A stretch of DNA of 64,000 nt. Origin: Paramoeba atlantica (taxonomy: Eukaryota > Protista > Discosea). Position 1 is the first letter of the stretch; every line of letters starts with the position of its first letter. Of this stretch, positions 56,130 through 64,000 are shown piece after piece. The notes below the pieces were generated by a model. That model searched no databases. It saw nothing but the letters and a program-made list of their open reading frames with translations, and was not told the DNA's origin. The position numbers and the translations under genes were made by a program. The stretch lies in NCBI GenBank assembly GCA_977017575.1, contig CDRNVI010000037.1, positions 124,001-188,000 of the forward strand, in the 5' to 3' direction.

Positions 56130-57690
56130 CAGGGGGGGCCATGAAAACTGACTAGCTTCGCATTTTAGCCTCGTGAGGCCGTTTGAGCTAATTTTTGTTG
56201 CAAACGAGAGATCTCGTTCTGAATATCGTGTCTACGCTATTTAGAACTCGTTTGTATAAACCTGATATTTTGCATTTCGAAAATACTGAAATTTAAGACG
56301 ATTTATTTTGCAAAAAGCATAAAAAATAGTAAAAAAGTTGGTTTTCTCTTCTTTTTTCTTCACTATGGGCAAGCGGCATAGATTAAACCGTCGCCAATTG
56401 TCCCCAGAGCAGTCTTCGTATTCCATACGCATTGTTTGCGCACACGAAAGACATCGTGGTACAAGTATTGAAGACACGGCACGAATGATGAACTGTTCTG
56501 AGAGCTCTGTCTATCGGTACAAGGCACGTTTTGATGAGTCAGGTGACGTGGCACGTGCGAGCTACTCGCGCGATAATGCCGTTGATACGGAGGAATTCCG
56601 TGCTATGCTCTGTACCCTTGTTGATGATGAGAAAGACACGCCATTCGGGTGTCCGGGGTTTAAATGGGTACACAAGAGAGTGGACAAGACACTTTATCCT
56701 TGTAGTCTGAACATCGTAAAACGGAGTTTGAAAAGGATGGGATACGTCATTAAGACTATGTCACACAAACCTTTCTTAACTGCTGGGCACAAGGCTGCCC
56801 GATTACAACTTGTTGATTACTTCGATGGATGGAGTCCAGATCAGCTGTCCCGTGTGGTATGGTGTGACGAGAAGACTTTCCGATGTGGTTCACATGGGAA
56901 AAAAATCACATATCTTGCAAAAATCACTGACCCCCCCAAGGAAACACCAGTAGAAATGGATAGGTGGTACGGGGGGAAGGGAGTGCATGTATTCATGGCA
57001 ACCAGTCTGCGTTGGGAAGTACCCGATGCGTGTTTCCACGAGTTTTCCCAGAATGAAACCGTAACAAACGAAGTTTTTCTGAGAACAATGAAGAAGCGAA
57101 ATGGGTTTTTTAACTGGATGCATCGGCGGCCGGGGGCTGCTGTTGTCCTTGACAATGCGCCAGGGCACGGGGCAGCCCGGAGAATAGGTAAGCTGGAAGG
57201 AATTAAAATTATTGACTGGCCTTCGAAATCTCCTGATCTCAATTTGATTGAGAATTTGTGGAGTATGATGGATAAGTACATCCACACCCATCTTCGTCCG
57301 AAAAATCGAACGGAATTGCAAGCTGCTATTCCTAAGGCGAAGGACTACGTGTTGGCAGAATGTCACGAGGCGTATGTGAACACGTTACAGAGTCCTCCCA
57401 CACGCCTCGCTACTCTACGTGAGCGTGGAGGTGGGAATACTGGATATTAAGACTTAGTTTCTACCGCGAAAGGCCAAAAATTACTATTTTGCGCTCTTTT
57501 TTCAATTTGCAAAATCTCAAAAATTTCAGTTTTTCTACCCATGGGAAAGGCTTGCTTTCATCAGTTTTTGTACTCTAAATAGCGTAGACACGATATTCAG
57601 AACGAGATCTCTCGTTTGCAACAAAAATTAGCTCAAACGGCCTCACGAGGCTAAAATGCGAAGCTAGTCAGTTTTCGTGCCCCCCCCCTG
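56130..57690 (+). mobile_element. Full-length Tc1-like element, 1561 bp, with TIRs of about 115 bp
   Basis: Long near-perfect TIRs, TA TSD, intact ORF. Confidence 0.96.
56365..57450 (+). CDS. Tc1-like transposase, DD32E, 361 aa
   Basis: WCDEKTF, VLDNAPGH, WPSKSPDLNLIENLW, N-terminal HTH. Confidence 0.93.
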   Translation: MGKRHRLNRRQLSPEQSSYSIRIVCAHERHRGTSIEDTARMMNCSESSVYRYKARFDESGDVARASYSRDNAVDTEEFRAMLCTLVDDEKDTPFGCPGFKWVHKRVDKTLYPCSLNIVKRSLKRMGYVIKTMSHKPFLTAGHKAARLQLVDYFDGWSPDQLSRVVWCDEKTFRCGSHGKKITYLAKITDPPKETPVEMDRWYGGKGVHVFMATSLRWEVPDACFHEFSQNETVTNEVFLRTMKKRNGFFNWMHRRPGAAVVLDNAPGHGAARRIGKLEGIKIIDWPSKSPDLNLIENLWSMMDKYIHTHLRPKNRTELQAAIPKAKDYVLAECHEAYVNTLQSPPTRLATLRERGGGNTGY

Positions 57691-57796
57691 TATACATGCA
57701 TGTATATTTATACAGGGGCATATATATGCATATTGCATATTTATTTGCATATATAAATACTGTATATTTATATACAGGGGCATATATATATTTATA

Positions 57797-58557
57797 CAGT
57801 CCAGGTACTGGTTTCCCCCCCCCAGGCTCCAGAGCACACCGTAAGAGCTTTTGACCTAAATCCTTCGGCATTCAACAGATCTCGAAAAACTAGAGCGTTT
57901 CCCGCCGTTTGCGTGCCTATCACCCCCCCTGGGTCAAAAATATTTAGAAAAAAAACCATAAGTTTACTAAAAAATTCCAATATTTCGAAAATTTGGGAGT
58001 TTTTTATTCAAATATGGTTTCTCATTCTATGAATTTGAGGGATACTCCCGCCAAATCTACTAAAGACCAGTACTAAAGACCAGTACAACTCGACGAAAAG
58101 CAAGATACCCCCTATTACCCATAAAACGTCACGATGTGCACTCGCAGAGCGCCTTAACCGAATTGTTAAGGAAAATTTGAAACCAGAGACTGAAAAACAG
58201 CTCCGGAAGGCGCTAAAGAATGATGCTTAAGCGTCATCCTTATGGACGCCAATTCTTAATTTGCATAAATTCAGTTCCTAAAAGCTTACGAATTGTGCGG
58301 AGCGTTCAAGGAGACCATTGTAGGTACTAATATATAGGAATCTATACACATTTTTTTCATTTCTCCCCCCTCTCAAAAATACTTTTTGAAATTTGCCAAC
58401 TTTCACCACGCCCACCTAGGACCCAGGGGGGGTGACAGGCAAAGCAACTTTGGGAAACGCACTAGTTTTTCGAGATCTGTCGAATGCCGAAGGAATTAGG
58501 TCAAAAGTCTTACGGCGCGCTCTGGAGCCTGGGGGGGGAAAACCAATACCTGGACTG
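57797..58557. mobile_element. TA-flanked MITE with TIRs of about 140 bp, 761 bp
   Basis: CAGTCCAGGTA(C/T)TGGTTT...GGGTC arms, with TA at 57795-96 and 58558-59. Confidence 0.88.
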
Positions 58558-58561
58558 TATA

Positions 58562-59629
58562 CTGTGACCCCCCCCTTTAATACGGACCCCCCTGACCCCC
58601 CCTTTAATACGGATTTTTTTTGGAGAAATTTTTTACCTTCCAATTTCGATTTTCGGAGAAAACTAGTTTTTTGGCTTAGACGTCTATTTTGAGCAAGGTC
58701 AAAAATGTTGAAGTGCATTTTCTTCAGCTTTCTTCATTTTTGTTTTTAGAATTTGATTCAGGAAATATTATTAGTAACAACACCATGTCTCATCAGTGTG
58801 ATACTTCATCCCATGGTACAAATGGTCCGCTCACCTCATGGATCAGGAAACATCCACCGAAGCCGCGAATCGGCGACGAATCTCATTTATCACTCGACCT
58901 AGGTACGACACCTCCGGCAAAAGTACAGGGGAAGCGAGTCCGTAATGATTTGCCGTTCCCGTAGAGATTTGCCGTTCCACGATTACAATCAAAGGGCTAA
59001 TGAAGAAATACGACCTTTCTCGTAGCTCTGTGTATGAGATACGGAGTAAAGGTTTAAATTATTACCAGACCATAATTAATAGTTCAAGAGGAAGATCCTG
59101 TAGGAACAGAGGGTTTAACACAAAAGGGGGGGACTACAATAATCCAGACGCAGTAGTCTATGATAAGGCTGCTGCCATGCGACGCGTCCATGCCTCTTGT
59201 GAACAGGCATCTTCCCTTTGGTGCCCTCTAACAAGGAGTATCGTAATAGATATGATACGGTTAAGCACTGGTTTAACTTCAATGAATGCTTTGGAGGATA
59301 CGTATTTTCGTTTTCGAAGATACTACGGATGGGTCTGGAGGCGCTGGGGCAGAATACAGTGTCTCGCTCCGGCTAACGTTGAAACCCGCGTTTCGCGCTG
59401 GGCTGAGAAGCTCTACGTACAAAATTCGGTACGACATTACCGGTTTACTCTTTTTGGAGACGAAACAGCGATGTTCGTAAACGGGGAGGTGCAAGGATAT
59501 ACTCTTGCCCAAATTGGGTGTCCTCAACCAAAGGTTGTCGAACGCGAATCTTGCGTCCCGAACATCTTCTCACTGCATCGCTGTCGCCGCGCTTTGGCTG
59601 GAGCCACCGACGTTATGTCTTGGGACTGA
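58562..59629 (+). mobile_element. Truncated pogo-like element (left TIR + HTH/CENP-B-like and first DDE residue)
   Basis: TA|CTGTGACCCCCCCTTTAATACGGA; ORF 59000..59629 has LSRSSVYEIR, FRFRRYYGW, FGDET. Confidence 0.75.
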
Positions 59630-60357
59630 ATAGCTGCTGCTCACAATTCTATGAGTTTGAATAAATACAATCATATGAGTCTGAATAAATTACGCGGTGT
59701 GTTGTCGAGTGGAGAGTTTGCACTTCCTTTCACTCCTTTCGCGTGCGTTTCATTGCTATTTCCGAGGAGATGACACACTAGTTGATGATATTTTTCGGCG
59801 GTGATGGAATCGCGGGGAAGAGGGAGGATGTTTCGATAGCTATGTAACCCAGGATAAAGTGGACGAGGGAGGTTCTAAAAGCACCTTTAAACCACCACAA
59901 AAATGGAATGATATCTCCCGGTTTGTAAAGGATTCCGACGTGCCAAAAGAATCTTTAAGGGACAAAGCCTTCCATTTTTATGGTGGTTTGCCAAAGGTGC
60001 TTTTAGTATCTCCCTTGTCCACTTTAGCTTGGGTTACATTTTTTTCAGAATTTCTTGTCATATCATACGTATGTAAGCGTGTAAGAACGCATGTAGAGGC
60101 GTGTGTATGTCCTTCACAAGCGGAGAGGACTCAAAAAATATCACTTGTAAAGTGAAAAAAACTTTATAGTTTTCTTATAGTTTTATAGTAAAATATAGTA
60201 AATATAGTACTATATAGTAACTATATTCAATGAAAAAAACTATATTTTACTATATTATAGTTTCTGCGAACCCTGTTTTTAATCATATTCAGAAAAAGTA
60301 ACACCAACGAAAAAAATATATTTAAAAATGCTTATCCTAGAAGAAAACCACAACGAA

Positions 60358-61510
60358 TCAATAACCAGAATGTCCTCCATTGTTTTGCAGTACTTTTCGA
60401 AGCCTATTCGGAACCGAATCAATGGAGTTTAACACTTTTTGTTTCTCAGGGGATCGTTTTAGAAAGGAAAAAGCTTTTTTAATGGCTTGTGCAAGGGTGG
60501 CGTGATCGTGAGGCTTAATTTTGTTTTTTATAATTTTATCCATTTGTCCCCAAACATTTTCAATAGGATTTAGATCAGGCGAGTTTGGCGGCCAAGATAG
60601 AAATTTTATATTATTTCTTCTTAATTCGGCCTTCGCCATATTGTGGGTCGTGGCGTTGTCCATTTGGACCGTGACATCCCTCAAATGATTTTTGAGGTAA
60701 GCTAAAAAGCCGTTCGGTTTTTGAAACGCCTCAAGAATCACTTCCCCAGAGACCTTGTGTGTGTTATCATAACTTGTGCGGTCATTAGGCTCAAAAACAT
60801 GCAAAAAAAAGCCATGCTGAACGCTTATTCCCATCCAGGCCATCACGCCCTTTCCCCCATACCATCTCCGGTTTCTCCGGCGAGGTTTTCTTGGACCCCC
60901 TTTTTTTGTAATGTAAAACTGAGAACCGTGGACCCCACAGGTAAACAACTTCTCATCTGTCCAAATAATTTTATTCAAATCATCTTTTGGCCATAAAAGC
61001 AATTCATTTGCCAGCCGCAGGCGCTGCAATTTGTGATCTTCTGTTAGGTCACAATTAGGCCCTTTGGCCAATCTGCCATAATTTTTTGCTCTTAAAATAG
61101 ACTTAACCTTACTTAAGGAACATTCATATCCCATATTTAAAACCTGTTCATGTACCCAACTATACGTCAGGCACCCATCTTCTTTTTCATTTTCTTCATC
61201 CACAATGTCTTTTAAAAGTGAGGTGAAACGTCGTGAAGGTTTCTTTTTACCCGGCGCTTTTTAAGGTGAAAGATCTTCACCTTCTCTCCATTTTTTTATG
61301 AAACGGCTTATTGTACGGCGAGCGCGTCCAAAGTTTTTCGCGAGCCGATGAACACTTATACCATTCTTGTATTGTTTTATTATTTCGAGACGCTCTGAAA
61401 GAGACACTTCTATAGTGCCTTTGTGCGATATTGGGGGGGTAGTTTTGCCTATTATCTTTCCACCCTTCTACATATTCACCACTTTTAGGGTTAGTCGGTC
61501 TTGTATTCAT
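60358..61510 (-). pseudogene. Second DD32E Tc1-like transposase, N-terminus disabled
   Basis: IWTDEKLF, QMDNATTH, WPPNSPDLNPIENVW. The upstream HTH (SLSERLEIIKQYKNG...ARRTISRF) is separated by a TAA near 61260. Confidence 0.88.
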
Positions 61511-62108
61511 GTTGTTGAGGTTTGAAAAACTCTATTAAATAGCTATTGATGTTTCTACAGAAACATTGCTTGAGCATAAAGAAATTAGAAGACTATTTAA
61601 GCTTACACACATTCAAATAAACCACAAAAACATGAAATTATCGGGAAAAAATGGTTGTGTACACAGAACACGTCCAAAAAACAGTGTTTTTTGGACCCAG
61701 GGGGCACCAGGGGGTCTCTATAAAAAAAGGCGGCAAAGCTCTTCGCTAGGGGAACGAGATCTCTTCAATGCTGCAAAGATGAGCAAAAACGGATAAAAAA
61801 ATTAAAATTTCCCAGGAGGGGGCAAGATCAACAACCGCCCCTGTATGTATAGTATAATTGAGGGAGATACGGAGTATCTAACTCGCTTACTAAGGTTAAT
61901 TCCAAAACTTGAAAATGCCCCTCAAAGAAGCGAGAGATCGAGCTTTTTCAAAATTTTAAAACGTAGCAGTAGCTTATTAGATGAACTCATTAATACTCGA
62001 AAAATCATCTACAACGACCTCATTTCCCAAATTGTAGAACACTTTTGGTAAAAAAAAGTGCGTCTGCAAAGGTCTGCGATACGACAAACTGGTTGACTAA
62101 GGAGAGTC

Positions 62109-62187
62109 CTTTGAGTAGTCCAGTTGGTAAAGGGGTTCCATTTTGACGCTGGATGTCCGCGGTTCGATTCCCGGCATCGACATTTTT
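62109..62187 (+). pseudogene. tRNA-like sequence (Pol III A/B boxes), probably a Val-derived pseudogene or SINE head
   Basis: A box TAGTCCAGTTGG (62116-27), B box GGTTCGATTCC (62161-71), T5 at 62183-87. Acceptor and anticodon stems do not pair cleanly. Confidence 0.4.
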
Positions 62188-62344
62188 GAACAAAAAAAAT
62201 TATATGCTCAAAATCGCGAAAAAAACAAAATCGGAACGATTTTTTTTTTCAGATTTTTTTTTCTTGAAAAAAGTGGCCAGCTGGCCACCAAAAACACGGT
62301 TTGCATTTTGTATATATATAGAGAGAAAAATAATGTGCAGGTCC

Positions 62345-64000
62345 GAGTGGTACAGTGTGTAGCTACAGTGGCCCTTGAGAGAGTGAGAGCAGTGCCACGT
62401 GAGGCAGTGATTGCACAGTGATGCAGTGCAGCTGCAGTGGCACGTGCCAGAGTAAGTGCACTGCCATGTGAGGCAGTGACTGCAGTGATGCAGTGTAGCT
62501 GCAGTAGCACGTGAGAGAGTAAGTGCACTGCCATGTGAGGCAGTGACTGCAGTGATGCAGTGTAGCTGCAGTGGCACGTGAGAGAGTGAGAGTACTGCCA
62601 CGTGAGGCAGTGACTGCAGTGATGCAGCGCAGCTGCAGTGGCACGTGCGAGAGTAAGATTACTGCCAAGTGAGGCAGTGAATGCAGTGTAGATAGGGTGG
62701 AATGTGAGAGAGTCAGTGACTGCAGTGTAGCTACAGTGGCACGTGAGAGAGTAAGATTACTGCCACGTGAGGCAGTGACTGCAGTGTAGCTACAGTGGCA
62801 TGTGAGAGAGTAAGATTACTGCCACGTGAGGCAGTGACTGCAGTGATGCAATGCAGCTGCAGTAGCACGTGAGAGAGTGAGAGTACTGACACGTGAGGCA
62901 GTGACTGCAGTGTAGCTGCAGTAGCACGTGAGAGAGTGAGAGTACTGCCACGTGAGGCAGTGACTGCAGTGTAGCTGCAGTAGCACGTGAGAGAGTGAGA
63001 GTACTGCCACGTGAGGCAGTGACTGCAGTGATGCAATGCAGCTGCAGTAGCACGTGAGAGAGTTAGAGTACTGACACGTGAGGCAGTGACTGCAGTGTAG
63101 CTTCAGTAGCATGTGAGAGAGTGAGAGTACTGCCACGTGAGGCAGTGACTGCAGTGATGCAATGCAGCTGCAGTAGCACGTGAGAGAGTGAGAGTACTGA
63201 CACGTGAGGCAGTGACTGCAGTGTAGCTGCAGTAGCACGTGAGAGAGTGAGAGTACTGCCACGTGAGGCAGTGACTGCAGTGATGCAATGCAGCTTCAGT
63301 AGCATGTGAGAGAGTGAGAGTACTGATACGTGAGGCAGTGACCGCAGTGATGCAATACAGCTGCAGTAGCACGTGAGAGAGTGAGAGTACTGACACGTGA
63401 GGCAGTGACTGCAGTGTAGCTGCAGTAGCACGTGAGAGAGTGAGAGTACTGCCACGTGAGGCAGTGACTGCAGTGATGCAATGCAGCTGCAGTAGCACGT
63501 GAGAGAGTGAGAGTACTGCCACGTGAGGCAGTGACTGCAGTGATGCAATGCAGCTGCAGTAGCACGTGAGAGAGTGAGAGTACTGCCACGTGAGGCAGTG
63601 ACTGCAGTGTAGCTGCAGTAGCACGTGAGAGAGTGAGAGTACTGCCACGTGAGGCAGTGACTGCAGTGATGCAATACAGCTGCAGTAGCACGTGAGAGAG
63701 TGAGAGTACTGACACGTGAGGCAGTGACTGCAGTGTAGCTTCAGTAGCATGTGAGAGAGTGAGAGTACTGCCACGTGAGGCAGTGACTGCAGTGATGCAA
63801 TGCAGCTTCAGTAGCATGTGAGAGAGTGAGAGTACTGACACGTGAGGCAGTGACCGCAGTGATGCAATGCAGCTGCAGTAGCACGTGAGAGAGTGAGAGT
63901 ACTGACACGTGAGGCAGTGACTGCAGTGTAGCTGCAGTAGCACGTGAGAGAGTGAGAGTACTGCCACGTGAGGCAGTGGCTGCAGTGTAGCTGCAGTAGC
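62345..64000. repeat. Satellite of 59- and 67-bp units running off the window end
   Basis: GCAGTGACTGCAGTG(TAG|ATGCAATGCAG)CTGCAGTAGCACGTGAGAGAGTGAGAGTACTG(C/A)CACGTGAG. The first units are more diverged. Confidence 0.97.

Noticed and set aside
62200-63967. Cys/His/Ser-rich ORFs on the minus strand
   Set aside because: They are translations of the 59/67-bp satellite in several frames, with no coding signature.

Overview
This is eukaryotic DNA rich in transposons. About 15 intronless host genes all lie on the + strand (11.5-54.7 kb). Ten belong to one leucine-rich-repeat (LRR) family with a plant-type C-x-W-x-GV-x-C cap. The one-strand, intron-free layout suggests a kinetoplastid-like polycistronic unit, possibly a Perkinsela-type prokinetoplastid (inference only). 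Between the genes lie many mobile elements: Tc1/mariner (including a near-identical pair with DD32E spacing), pogo-like, Merlin, PIF/Harbinger-like, hAT-like, many MITEs, a CRE-like fragment and two satellite arrays. The main finding is that two of the ten LRR genes are split at the same codon position of the LxxL|xLxxN motif (TTGAC-n4-CTT|CA(C/A)CT). One carries an intact 5.63-kb RT + restriction-like-endonuclease (HERO-like) retrotransposon with five unusual Cys/His fingers. The other carries a 721-bp, apparently non-coding, highly structured element. The two share a 5' decamer (TACCTTGTTG) and a 3' terminal hairpin with compensatory base changes. This looks like an autonomous/non-autonomous retroelement pair targeting an LRR multigene family; it rests on two insertions, so specificity needs genome-wide testing. 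All family assignments come from motif recognition by eye; no database search was run.
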